Origin: a virus
Lineage: Duplodnaviria; Heunggongvirae; Uroviricota; Caudoviricetes
DNA length: 56,607 bases
Direction: 5' to 3' (one strand)
Virus record (IMG/VR): IMGVR_UViG_3300047567_000058
Span: 144,405 to 201,011 of that record
Shown: positions 9,810 through 19,150 of the stretch, one piece after another
Layout of the letters: every line of letters begins with the position of its first letter
How positions within the stretch are numbered: position 1 is the stretch's first letter
Made by a program: the position numbers and the translations under genes
Notes under the pieces: model-generated
What the model saw: only the letters and a program-made list of their open reading frames with translations
Databases searched by the model: none
What the model was told of the DNA's origin: nothing

Positions 9810-11283
9810 CTAGGCTCTAGGCTCTGTCTTTTTAGGGGCTGGTGCCGGAGCTACTGGTTTGTCGGCAGGTTTCTTTGCCTCTTTCTTGGCAGGGGCTTTC
9901 GTCACGGGTTTCGTTTCTGCCTTCGGAGCGGATGCGACAGGAGCGGCTTTCGGAGCAACCGGCTTCGCTTCAACTTTTGGAGCGGCTGCCACCGGGGCGG
10001 CAGGCTTAGCCTCAACCTTCGGAGCTACTACTGCCGGAACCGGAGCAACTGTGGCTGGAACGGCTGCTTTCGGAGCGGGAGATGGAGCCGGGACGGCAGG
10101 TCTTGTAGCGCCTGCTATTCTGGCTTCGACGTTGCGGGCGGCAAGCGATCCTATTCTCTTGCTATTCACAGTGTGGAAGATTCTGGAGATGAGTCCTTCT
10201 TTCTTGGAGACTGGCTTATCGGCAGGAGCTTCGGCTGCTTGTTTAGCGGCAGCTTCTTTGGTCGCTTTCTCTTTGGCGGGCAGCAGCTTCTTGGGCTGCT
10301 TGTTTAGCGGCAGCTTCTTTGGTCGCTTTCTCTTTGGCGGCAGCAGCTTCTTGGGCTGCCTTTTCCTTAGCTGCGGCGGCGTCGGCTTTGGCTTTCTTCT
10401 CTTCAGGAGTAAGGCCATATATAAGCTTCCCTAATCCAAGCTTCGACATGAACTTGTGATTGAGAGCGAAGTTCTGTCTGGCCATGCTGTTGACGTTCTT
10501 GGCGTGCTCGATATTGGATAGACGGGTTGCCTTCGCATCGGCAGCGGCTTTAGACACGACTCCTCCTTTGTCGTAATTGGACAAGGTTTCCTGGGCTTTC
10601 TTCTGGGCATCGAGAGGAGCTTGATGCTGACTGACGAGCCGGTCATGCATCTTCTTGTATTTGCGAGATCCCTTGATTCGATCATCGATCTGATTGAGCT
10701 CGTCTTGGGACATCGTGTAGCTGATTCTTCCGGTATTAGGATCTTTGGCAAGGCCGAATTTAGAAAGGTCAGCATCGGATCCACCGTTCTTGGCATACTG
10801 CTTGAAAGCAGTCTTATATGCGGAATTATAGTACTTTCCGCCAATGCGGCTGCGCAGGCCTTTAATGATTTCTTTGTCTCCGGCTTCGATCGCCTTATTG
10901 GCTTCGTCTGCCGGCGCTTTTGAATCTTCGGCGGCTTTCTTGATTCGGTCAGCTTCGATATGCTGTCCCTCGACCTCGTCTTTGCCTTCGCCGTGGTATT
11001 CATTTTGCTTGAGGGCCTTATTGAGACTGTGTATGGATCCTACGATCTCAAGAAGATTGGTGCAAGCTTCAGCGACCATGCTTTCATCGAGATCGGCTTC
11101 AGCGTCTTCGGAGCTTACGCTTTCGGTTAGGACGCTGCTCCCATAGTTAGGGATGATCGTCTCGAGGCAGCCGACCCCATGGAAGATCACGTCGTTTGCG
11201 CTGACCGCATCGGTCTTGGCATCATTCGTGATGTTATGGAGCTCAACTGCTTCGTTGAGGGTTTTAAATAATTTTTCGTTCAT
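9810..11283 (-). CDS. Probable virion/head-associated protein with an A/K/P-rich C-terminus; one frameshift near 10280
   Basis: ORFs 10243-11283 and 9810-10418 join if the extra G in gcgggcag (versus gcggcag in the sister repeat) is removed. xxE motifs such as LNEA, LTES and LDES are typical of head-protease substrates. Confidence 0.7.
10238..10358. repeat. Tandem repeat of about 60 bp encoding QEAAAAKEKATKEAAAKQAA
   Basis: Two near-identical units plus a partial third, read directly. Confidence 0.8.
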
Positions 11284-11295
11284 GATGGGAGCCTC

Positions 11296-13629
11296 TTACT
11301 TCGCAGCGGCATCATCTTTCTTTGCTTCGACGTCTTTGGCCTCTCCGGCTTTGGCTTCGACTTCGACTCCGCCTGCGACATCGTCTTTCTTAACGATATC
11401 CTCAGGTTTCTCATCGGCGTCGGCCTTGACGGCATCGGCTACCTTAGGAGCGACTTCTGCGGCGACATCAGCCACTGCGGGAGCCGGCTCGACTTTGGCG
11501 GTCGATACTCCAGCGTCGGCGGGCTTGTCAGCTTCGACGGCTGCGACTTTCTCGACATGCTCTTGGGTTCCGACGTCTGCGACATCGCCGGACTTGATCT
11601 GGGCATCGACGTCAAACACCTTGGTGGCATCCGCTTCGGCGGCGGCTGCGGTCTCGGCATCATCGGCGGCGGTGATCTCTTCGATCAAGCTGGTGACTTG
11701 GCGGGTTGCCAGAGCGCCATACTTCTCGCAAAGTCTCTTGCGGATCTTCTCGGCGGCCGAGGCATGCTCGACCATCGCTTCGAACAGGATATCTCCGCTG
11801 TCTTTGGCACGGATGAGAGCCATCTGCTCAATGAGCTTGAGAACGCGACCATCGTCTTCCTCGAAGAACTCAGGCCCTTTCATAAGGGCTTCTTTGATGG
11901 AGTCATAGCTTTCGTTCTCGCATTCAGCATCATCGCATGCGCAAGAATCATCGGCGCAAACGGATTCTCCGGCATTGGCCGGCCCGTTATGGCTTGCGGA
12001 ATCCTGAGCCTGAACATCAGGCTGCGCTTGGCTGACTTCGGACGCTAAGGCCGGAGCGGCGGCAGCGACGACCTTGGACGCATCGACAGCGGCGGCAGGA
12101 GCTTCCGTCGGAGCGGGAGCAGCGGTCTGAGCGGCGCCATCATGAGTATCGGTGGCTCCGGCATTGGTCATATCTTGAGCGGCTACAACGGTATCGGTGA
12201 CTTTGGCATCGGCTGCGGTAGGAGTGACGACGGCTTCGTCTTCTTTGACGACTTTGGCGTCTTCGGCTTTCGGAGCTTCGGCCGCGTCTTTGACGGCTTG
12301 GTCAACGACATAGTTCTTGGCGAAATCTTCTCTGGTTAATCCGGAGTTGCCTTTCTTGGCTAAGAAGTATGCGATGTTGAACGCTTTCTTCTGCTCGGAG
12401 GTTTCGACGCCTTCCGGATAGAACACCTTGGATCCGTCAGCGGCTTCGGTGACGACTTTTTCTTCGACTTTGGCAGCGGCTGCTTTAGCAGCATCCGAAG
12501 CAGGAGCGACGTTGTCTTTTCCGCCAACAGGGCAGATCCATCCATTTGCGAATTCTTCACGGCTCATGGCTTTTTCGCCAGCAGCGACGCCTTTGAGATA
12601 CTTATCGAAATCCTTGTCGAACGCTTCTTTGGCCTCGATGGTCTTAGCGCAGGCAGGATAGTATTTATCATTGACTGCAGCCGGAGCGACCGGGGCGGCA
12701 GTAGCGACTGCGACGCCATCCTTATGGCCGGCATCGACAGCGGTCTTAACTTCAGATCCGATATCAAGGCTGTCTTCTTTGACTGACTTGACCGATTCGG
12801 TTTCGACTTTGGCAGCGGCAGCTGGGGCTACCGCGGCTCCAGCGTTGGCGGGTCCGTTATGGCTTGCTGAATCAGCGGCCTGGACTTCCTGTCCGGCATT
12901 GAGCGTGACTTCGGCAGTGACTTGGGCGTCTCCGAGCTTCGGAGTAACGGCTGGGGCGGCATCCTGCTTAGCGGGAGCTGCGGCTTCTCCATTATGCCCG
13001 GTCTGTGGGGCGGCTACATCGACTGCCGCGGCGACAGGGGCTTCGACGTGAGCTGCGACTGCCGGAGTGGCGGCTGCAACTTGGGCTTGGGCCGGAGCGG
13101 CGTCGTCTTCATTGATATTCTTCATCTTAAGGGCTGCGATGATATCGTTCATCTGCTCTTTGAATGTGGCTGCGCTGTCGGCGACTTGAGCTTCGCCATC
13201 ATGCGTTTGAGACGGCTTAACCGTGACATCGACGGATGACGCGACTGTCTTTAACTCAGCGGTTGCGACGGAATTGTCGACTGCCGGGGTAACAACGGCC
13301 GGATTGGAATTTAATGAATTGGTCGGAATGGCAGTCGGGACGACTTGGCCAGGGACGCTGACATCGGCTGGGCCATTATGAGTTGGCGAGTCTGCCGCTT
13401 TGACATCTTGGCCAGCGGTAGCGGTTCCGGTGATTGATTGCGCTGCCTGAGCAGGAGCGGCTGCTGCAGCTGGGGCTGCTTCGGCCGGCTTGGCTTCGTC
13501 TTTCTTAGCGGCGGCTTCCGCGTCTTGGCCTTCTTTGTCAAGGCTGTTGAGGAGATTATCAATCTCTTCGTCAAGGGTTGCTTCCGTGGTTATTCTCTCG
13601 TAATTCTTAAGATCATTAGTCTTTTGCAT
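11296..13629 (-). CDS. Large acidic Ala-rich repetitive protein, probable internal head protein
   Basis: 777 aa with repeated DS.sHNGPA / THDG.A motifs and many xxE sites. Late promoter motif at 13676-13687. Confidence 0.75.
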   Translation of the reverse strand: MQKTNDLKNYERITTEATLDEEIDNLLNSLDKEGQDAEAAAKKDEAKPAEAAPAAAAAPAQAAQSITGTATAGQDVKAADSPTHNGPADVSVPGQVVPTAIPTNSLNSNPAVVTPAVDNSVATAELKTVASSVDVTVKPSQTHDGEAQVADSAATFKEQMNDIIAALKMKNINEDDAAPAQAQVAAATPAVAAHVEAPVAAAVDVAAPQTGHNGEAAAPAKQDAAPAVTPKLGDAQVTAEVTLNAGQEVQAADSASHNGPANAGAAVAPAAAAKVETESVKSVKEDSLDIGSEVKTAVDAGHKDGVAVATAAPVAPAAVNDKYYPACAKTIEAKEAFDKDFDKYLKGVAAGEKAMSREEFANGWICPVGGKDNVAPASDAAKAAAAKVEEKVVTEAADGSKVFYPEGVETSEQKKAFNIAYFLAKKGNSGLTREDFAKNYVVDQAVKDAAEAPKAEDAKVVKEDEAVVTPTAADAKVTDTVVAAQDMTNAGATDTHDGAAQTAAPAPTEAPAAAVDASKVVAAAAPALASEVSQAQPDVQAQDSASHNGPANAGESVCADDSCACDDAECENESYDSIKEALMKGPEFFEEDDGRVLKLIEQMALIRAKDSGDILFEAMVEHASAAEKIRKRLCEKYGALATRQVTSLIEEITAADDAETAAAAEADATKVFDVDAQIKSGDVADVGTQEHVEKVAAVEADKPADAGVSTAKVEPAPAVADVAAEVAPKVADAVKADADEKPEDIVKKDDVAGGVEVEAKAGEAKDVEAKKDDAAAK

Positions 13630-13675
13630 ACATCTTCCTCCGAGAAGATTTCGCTATAAATAACATCATTTGCGA

Positions 13676-13687
13676 TAATCAATTGTT
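13676..13687 (-). promoter_or_regulatory. Late promoter AACA-N6-TA (AACAATTGATTA)
   Basis: Matches the AR9 non-virion RNAP late consensus. Recurs intergenically at least 11 times in the window. Confidence 0.75.
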
Positions 13688-13788
13688 CGTTATTTCGGGC
13701 ACTCGCATAAAATTGCAAAATGGATAAATAAAAGGCAGATCCTATCGAGGATTTGCCTATCTGTCAATCGATGACTTCGTATAAAGGA

Positions 13789-14091
13789 TTATTTTTTTAA
13801 TTCCGGAGCTATCATGCGCTCATATGCGCTGATATTGTTATCCGCATCTGGAAGATAATGAACGGCGTCGGCGTTTGTCCCGATGACGAGGATAAGGTTT
13901 ATCGCATTGAATCCTGTCAGTTGGCCGGATGCTTTTCCATACACCATGATCTGGTTAGATGAATCGTATCCTGAGAATTTGCCTATCTGGGATTGAGTGA
14001 CGTATGCCTTGTTCTTGATGCATCCAAGCACATAGACGTAATCGATCCTGTTATTGCAGTCAAGCTGGAAATATTTGTCAAAGTACTCCAT
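13789..14091 (-). CDS. Hypothetical protein
   Basis: 100-aa ORF abutting the upstream gene. Terminator-like hairpin at 13731-13759. Confidence 0.6.
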   Translation of the reverse strand: MEYFDKYFQLDCNNRIDYVYVLGCIKNKAYVTQSQIGKFSGYDSSNQIMVYGKASGQLTGFNAINLILVIGTNADAVHYLPDADNNISAYERMIAPELKK

Positions 14092-14898
14092 TCATTTAAC
14101 CTCCAGATAGACCGATGCCGGCATTGATCCTGACGATGCGGATATCACTCCGGAAAGAAACATGAACGTTTGGCTGTCGGAATATGGGTTATATGGATAA
14201 TAAAGCACCGACGACCCGGATCCGTTTGACAGCGATATGGAATAGCTGCTCGATGACGAAGACATTGAAAGGCTGAGAACCGCAGCCGATGCGCTTCCGG
14301 CTCCGGCGATCCTGACATAGCATTGCTTTCTTGGGTAGATGCATATGTCGGTAGGTATCGACACGGAAGACGGGCATGAATACACGCCGGTGTCTAAGCA
14401 CGATATCCCCGAATATCCATCGAGATCCATATCTGATCTGAAGCTCTTGGTGACGCCGTTGTTTAAGAACACGTCGGTGCTCGTGGACATCTTTCCGTCT
14501 GAGCCGACTGAGCATATGAAGCATTTCGTTATTCCGGTTCCGTAATCATAAGGCTCTTGGACAAGGCTTCCTTTGACTATCCCTTCAATGCCGTTAGACA
14601 CGGATTCGCTGCATAGGACGTCATATACGATAAGACGCCCGGCTTGATAGATACCGACTAATCCGGTATTGGTAGTGACCGTAGAAACTCCGGACAGAAG
14701 CGTCTCAGGCATTATGGAGTATTTGTTTCCATAGATATAATACGATTTGCTGTTGTATCTGTCTTTAGGATCTACCGAAGTGCTGTCATAAACGAAAGAC
14801 GTCGAAACGGCATAATCGGACGATGTTCTGTACAGATAATAAGACCCTACGCTGTATCCCGAAGGGACCGATAGGTAGTTTTTGAATGCGAATGCCAT
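14092..14898 (-). CDS. Ser-rich hypothetical protein, possibly tail/fibre associated
   Basis: 268 aa. The S/Y/G-rich composition resembles the baseplate block at 34.7-41.7 kb. Confidence 0.65.
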   Translation of the reverse strand: MAFAFKNYLSVPSGYSVGSYYLYRTSSDYAVSTSFVYDSTSVDPKDRYNSKSYYIYGNKYSIMPETLLSGVSTVTTNTGLVGIYQAGRLIVYDVLCSESVSNGIEGIVKGSLVQEPYDYGTGITKCFICSVGSDGKMSTSTDVFLNNGVTKSFRSDMDLDGYSGISCLDTGVYSCPSSVSIPTDICIYPRKQCYVRIAGAGSASAAVLSLSMSSSSSSYSISLSNGSGSSVLYYPYNPYSDSQTFMFLSGVISASSGSMPASVYLEVK

Positions 14899-15257
14899 CA
14901 GAATGCAACCCCCATTATGTTCGTGGTGGCTGTGACGATGAGCGATATCGTAGACGACGGATTCTCTCCGGCATCGGCTATGATTACCTTTCGTCCGCCA
15001 TAATAATACGTGACGTAGTCTATTCCGTTGGCAACCGACACGGCAGATCCGTCATCGACGAGAAACTCGGCTCTGTAAAACCTGGTCTGCAGCGTCTGAG
15101 GAGAAACTGCTTTGAAAGCAAAAAGCATCCCTGTTTTAGATGCGGCATCATCTCCGAATGACGCGTTGAGGGATCGTTCTTTGACGATGAGCTCGAAGAC
15201 CGATGGGTCCGGAGCGATCTGGATCAGATATGCCGCTTTGTTTGAAGATGATTCCAT
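14898..15257 (-). CDS. Hypothetical protein (likely start MESSSN)
   Basis: Part of ORF 14898-15371. The internal ATG avoids overlap with the upstream gene. Confidence 0.55.
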   Translation of the reverse strand: MESSSNKAAYLIQIAPDPSVFELIVKERSLNASFGDDAASKTGMLFAFKAVSPQTLQTRFYRAEFLVDDGSAVSVANGIDYVTYYYGGRKVIIADAGENPSSTISLIVTATTNIMGVAF

Positions 15258-15339
15258 AATCGATTGTTGGCTGCTGCTTTTGCCGCCGAAAAAAATAAAA
15301 AAAAGGCGTCGATCTCTCGGCGCCTTGTTTCTGAGCTGA

Positions 15340-16014
15340 TCAGTGATTGATCGGATCGGTGGTTCCGCCAAACGTGATCCAGGTCCCGTTCAGGAGCGTG
15401 AATGCGTCATTGGCATAGCGAGCTTGCTGAAACATCATCGAATACGTTCCGTCTTTGATTCCGGCGAATCCGGCATCGGCCGTAACCACGGCGTCGCCGT
15501 CTTTGAAGGCATACGTCGCGAACACCTTCGAGAAGTCGATATCGAATTTGCGGACATAGGTATTGTCGCCGGCTTTGTTGGTGAAATACTCAACCGGGGT
15601 GACGAATCCGGTGGTTGCGTCATAGGCTTTGGACCAAACCGAGTTCGTGTCGGTGATCTCAGAAACCTTGAGGGTGATGCCATATTCATGATTGATCTTA
15701 TCGGTGACGGAATGGGTCTTGAAGATCCATTCATCGGTTCCGCTTGCCGCAAGGCCATGCTTGTCGCTGTCAGCGGTCTTCACCAATTTGAAGCAAATCT
15801 CGCTGGTCTTGATCTTGGCGGTGTCTGCGAGCCATTGGGTGATCTTGTTGCTGTATTGCTTTTCAACGAGCTCGAATTCGGTAGAAGCCTTCTCGGCGGT
15901 AGGAGCAGCTCCCACGGTCATGTACTCTTGGAAAAAGCTGTTGGCGCTGCATGACGCCAAAGCGCAGCACGCTGCCAATGAGCAAAGGGTAACGACAATC
16001 TTATTCTTCTTCAT
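15340..16014 (-). CDS. Lipoprotein
   Basis: MKKNKIVVTLCSLAACCALAS-C has a basic N-region, a hydrophobic core and a LASC lipobox. AGAGGA RBS upstream. Confidence 0.8.
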   Translation of the reverse strand: MKKNKIVVTLCSLAACCALASCSANSFFQEYMTVGAAPTAEKASTEFELVEKQYSNKITQWLADTAKIKTSEICFKLVKTADSDKHGLAASGTDEWIFKTHSVTDKINHEYGITLKVSEITDTNSVWSKAYDATTGFVTPVEYFTNKAGDNTYVRKFDIDFSKVFATYAFKDGDAVVTADAGFAGIKDGTYSMMFQQARYANDAFTLLNGTWITFGGTTDPINH

Positions 16015-16083
16015 TTCTTTTCCTCTCTGAGCGGAATGCTTCCGCAAGGAATTATTCATCATAGGCATATATCCATATGTCGA

Positions 16084-16095
16084 TAATCGATTGTT
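16084..16095 (-). promoter_or_regulatory. Late promoter AACA-N6-TA (AACAATCGATTA)
   Basis: Consensus match upstream of the lipoprotein operon. Confidence 0.7.
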
Positions 16096-16188
16096 GGGCT
16101 TCGTCTAGTCTAAAAGTTAGAATTAATTACAAAATGCAAAGATGTCTATATCTTGCAAAAAAAGATAGGCTATATGCCTATCTTGTTT

Positions 16189-16470
16189 TCAGTCATTAGG
16201 CTCGTAGACGCTTTCGAACGTCTTCGGATCGCACACGATCAACTGGCCACGGGAGTCTTTGGCTACCCAGAATCCAATCGTCAAGGTATACGAATCAGCG
16301 GATCCGCAATGGATCACGACGACGCTTGAGGCGTTGCCGTGCTCGCATTTGATCGGATTGACGTGGCGCCCTTTCTCAGCGAAGGCTTTGACTTCGTCGT
16401 AGTTGCCGCCATCCCATTGGATCGCTTGGATCCGAGACGTCGATTTCTTTCGATAACTTAAAACTGGCAT
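16189..16470 (-). CDS. Small conserved phage protein (YRKK..IQAIQW..F...YE family)
   Basis: Recognisable widespread phage pattern YRKK-x4-IQAIQW ... G.W..KD..G ... FE..YE. Confidence 0.75.
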   Translation of the reverse strand: MPVLSYRKKSTSRIQAIQWDGGNYDEVKAFAEKGRHVNPIKCEHGNASSVVVIHCGSADSYTLTIGFWVAKDSRGQLIVCDPKTFESVYEPND

Positions 16471-16475
16471 ATTGA

Positions 16476-16940
16476 CTAGGTTCCTTTCTGGCTATGCGTC
16501 GCCGACGCGAAGAATCTCGTGTGAGCTTCCCCGATAGGCTTTGATCTGTCTGAGCTCTTCCACAGGATGTACCGATTGTTGATTCCGGATCCATCCAGGG
16601 ATAAGCGCTCGTATGCGAGCATGCTGTTGTTGAGCTGCTTCAGGGCGTCAGCATCGCTTTTGGCATAGATGTAGTTGTCCATATAGTCATCGTTGTCCTG
16701 GAGCTCAACGCTCTCAGAATAACGATCGACGAATGCTCCGGCTTTCTTTCGAAGCGTAGCGGCTGCGATGTATCGCATATAGCCGTTTCGTATATCCGAG
16801 AGCTGCTTCTTAAGGAAGTCTCTCGTTCGCTTTAGCTCAGCCGGCATGCAGCAGGACTTCGATTTTAGGATGTCTTCGACGCTCTTGATGCGCGCTTTGA
16901 CGTCATCGATATCCTGCTTGGAATATTTTATTTTTTCCAT
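16476..16940 (-). CDS. Hypothetical protein
   Basis: 154-aa ORF with an AAGGA RBS. Confidence 0.65.
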   Translation of the reverse strand: MEKIKYSKQDIDDVKARIKSVEDILKSKSCCMPAELKRTRDFLKKQLSDIRNGYMRYIAAATLRKKAGAFVDRYSESVELQDNDDYMDNYIYAKSDADALKQLNNSMLAYERLSLDGSGINNRYILWKSSDRSKPIGEAHTRFFASATHSQKGT

Positions 16941-16996
16941 GCGAATCCTTTCCAGTCAGAAAAGCCATCGCCAAACGGCGGTGGCTAACTGGCTAT

Positions 16997-17686
16997 TCAA
17001 TCGGCGTCGTAATAGTTGATAACTCCGCCTTTGCCTTCGATCAGGATCTTGACTTCCTGAGGAACGGCGTTATATCCGTACCTTGGGACGAAGAATTCCT
17101 TCTTAGCCAAGCTCTTGTATCTTTCGGCTATCTTGCGGATCAGGGACGAGTCCTCTGTGACGAGAAGATCCCATTCGATTCCTTTTTCCGAGATGGCGTC
17201 CATAAGAGTTTTGGTTGCTGGAAACAGCAGCGGCTCTACTTTGTCGCCTTTGAAGTTTGACTCGATCGCTTCGAGTTTATTCTTCTTGTCAGATGGATTT
17301 TCGTCCAGATACGACGCATAGACGTAAACCTTCTTGACGGTTCCGCTAAGCATGTATTTCGGATTGAGAACCGATCCGTATGCGATCGGCATTATCGGCA
17401 TAGACGCGTGAGCGTTCTTCGAATAGAAGTCATCCTCAAGCTGCTTGAGAAGCCTTACTTGAACGTTGGCGTAATCATTAGCAGCCATGCTTCTGAACTC
17501 AGGCCTAATAAGCCAATCGTTGAAAGCGTACAGTGGGCGATCGTGGATTTGCTTTCTGGTGAGGTTTCCCATATCTATAAGATACGGAGAGTATCTCGCC
17601 CAATTGCATCTGATAGTCTCGTATTGCGAGACGGACGCGTCCATGAGGACGTCGTCCAATCCCATGATAATGATTCCGCCAGTCAT
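16997..17686 (-). CDS. HAD-fold / 5'(3')-deoxyribonucleotidase-like protein with a degenerate motif I
   Basis: N-terminal IIIMGLDDVLMD resembles HAD motif I but lacks the first Asp. Late motifs LLVTEDS and VPRYGYN. Confidence 0.5.
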   Translation of the reverse strand: MTGGIIIMGLDDVLMDASVSQYETIRCNWARYSPYLIDMGNLTRKQIHDRPLYAFNDWLIRPEFRSMAANDYANVQVRLLKQLEDDFYSKNAHASMPIMPIAYGSVLNPKYMLSGTVKKVYVYASYLDENPSDKKNKLEAIESNFKGDKVEPLLFPATKTLMDAISEKGIEWDLLVTEDSSLIRKIAERYKSLAKKEFFVPRYGYNAVPQEVKILIEGKGGVINYYDAD

Positions 17687-17771
17687 CTAAGCCCCGCGAG
17701 GATACTCCCGCCTCAAGAATCTGGATATTCTAGGCGGCGAGAGGAATCGCGGCATTCCTTTCTTAATTAAT

Positions 17772-18017
17772 CATCATTATTATACGTGTATTTTTAATTT
17801 AAGCAACAATAAATGTCTTCCGGGGTCGCAAGTCCGTCGGAATCGGCTCGTCCTTTTCCGACGGCGTCAATCGGCCCACGATGCGACGCCAACGCCAGCG
17901 ATGGCGCAGCGGCGAAAGCCGCGAACGGTTGCCAACAGGAGAAATCCCGAGCCGCCGATGGGCAGTCGCAAGCTCCCGCTTCAAATCGCGCAAGCGATTA
18001 AGCGGCGAGTATATTGA
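17772..18017 (+). mobile_element. Non-autonomous internal-deletion derivative of the tnpB element (left 43 bp plus the 203-bp omegaRNA scaffold/right end)
   Basis: 17772-17814 matches 46993-47035 and 17815-18017 matches 48197-48399, with no mismatch seen on manual comparison. Confidence 0.9.
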
Positions 18018-18038
18018 TCTCACCGAAGAAGGAATTCA
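17815..18038 (+). ncRNA. Stand-alone TnpB omegaRNA; predicted guide is about CTCACCGAAGAAGGAATTCA
   Basis: Copy of the tnpB 3-prime region ending GAGTATATTGA(T), followed by unique flank. Exact ends are inferred. Confidence 0.6.
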
Positions 18039-18043
18039 CAGAG

Positions 18044-19081
18044 TTATAACATAACCTCAACTTTAAGTGAATCCATATTATGAACTTGAGCGTATCTGTA
18101 GATCTCGTCTTGCATTCCGGCGGCCTTGAGCTGATCGACGATCGAAAGCATGATCGACTCAGAAGGCTGCGGATCGAAGGTGATGAGATTGCGAATGGTC
18201 GTGTTGGTGAAGACGTTCGGCGTGAATGCCGATGCGAATTTAAGGATGTCCTCAAGAGTTTGGCCATTGTAATTGATGATGAGCTTCTTCATGACGTCAT
18301 CCATGGTTCCGCCATATACGTCATCTTTGGTTAAGGCAAGCCTATTGATGATATCGTCGGCCACAACGGGATCACGCATGCATGAAATGACTTTGAGCGC
18401 CACTTCAGGATGCATCCTGTCTCCGGCTGACTCAGCGAATCTCTTGGCGAAGTCAGGAGTCCATGTGACTGTGATGTTTGGGTTGCTGATAGAATTAAGC
18501 GTTAGATCAGACGCGTATTCGATCATCATGTCTTCTGTGATGGTTCCATACGGAGCCTTGGCAAAAGCGGCTGCCTTTACTTCGGGGCGGCTGTCTTTGA
18601 TAAGCGCCTTGAATTCAGGAGCAGTCATCGTGCGATTGACGCCAAGCGCGGCTTGAACGTCGATGCTGAACTTATTGATGACGTTCGTATTGGTGAGAAC
18701 GAGAAGCGATCTTCCGTTGGATCGCATATAGGCTTCGTAATCGAATTTGTCGGAGAACATCTCAATGATGTCTCCGCTGATATTCGGAAGAACGGAGAAT
18801 GCCTGATTGCTGATCACATTGACGATGTTGGCTGCGAAGTATGGGGTAGGGATGAAATCTTCCATGCGGGAGACGACAAAGCTATCTCGGCCAGAGCCTT
18901 CAGGAAGCTTAAGGGCCATTCCGATGATAGAATCGGTCTGGTCTTCGGTGATCTCTTTTGGATCGCAAATAGGCTTCGGGCATGCCGAAGCGGCGATCGT
19001 GCATCCAGGAACGAATGCGTTATCTTTAGGCTTGTCCTTGCAATCGGGGCTGTTCTTGTCATCATAAACGATCTTACTCAT
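18044..19081 (-). CDS. Hypothetical alpha-helical protein
   Basis: 345-aa ORF with an AAGGA RBS. Confidence 0.7.
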   Translation of the reverse strand: MSKIVYDDKNSPDCKDKPKDNAFVPGCTIAASACPKPICDPKEITEDQTDSIIGMALKLPEGSGRDSFVVSRMEDFIPTPYFAANIVNVISNQAFSVLPNISGDIIEMFSDKFDYEAYMRSNGRSLLVLTNTNVINKFSIDVQAALGVNRTMTAPEFKALIKDSRPEVKAAAFAKAPYGTITEDMMIEYASDLTLNSISNPNITVTWTPDFAKRFAESAGDRMHPEVALKVISCMRDPVVADDIINRLALTKDDVYGGTMDDVMKKLIINYNGQTLEDILKFASAFTPNVFTNTTIRNLITFDPQPSESIMLSIVDQLKAAGMQDEIYRYAQVHNMDSLKVEVML

Positions 19082-19150
19082 AAAGATAATCCTTTCCGCT
19101 GGGAAATTATTTTTATTTCCCGGCTTTGAAAAAAGCCATCCGGAGATGGC

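Noticed and set aside
17813-18001. 62-aa ORF identical to the TnpB C-terminal tail
   Set aside because: By-product of the duplicated omegaRNA scaffold. The tail is low-information read-through over the RNA.
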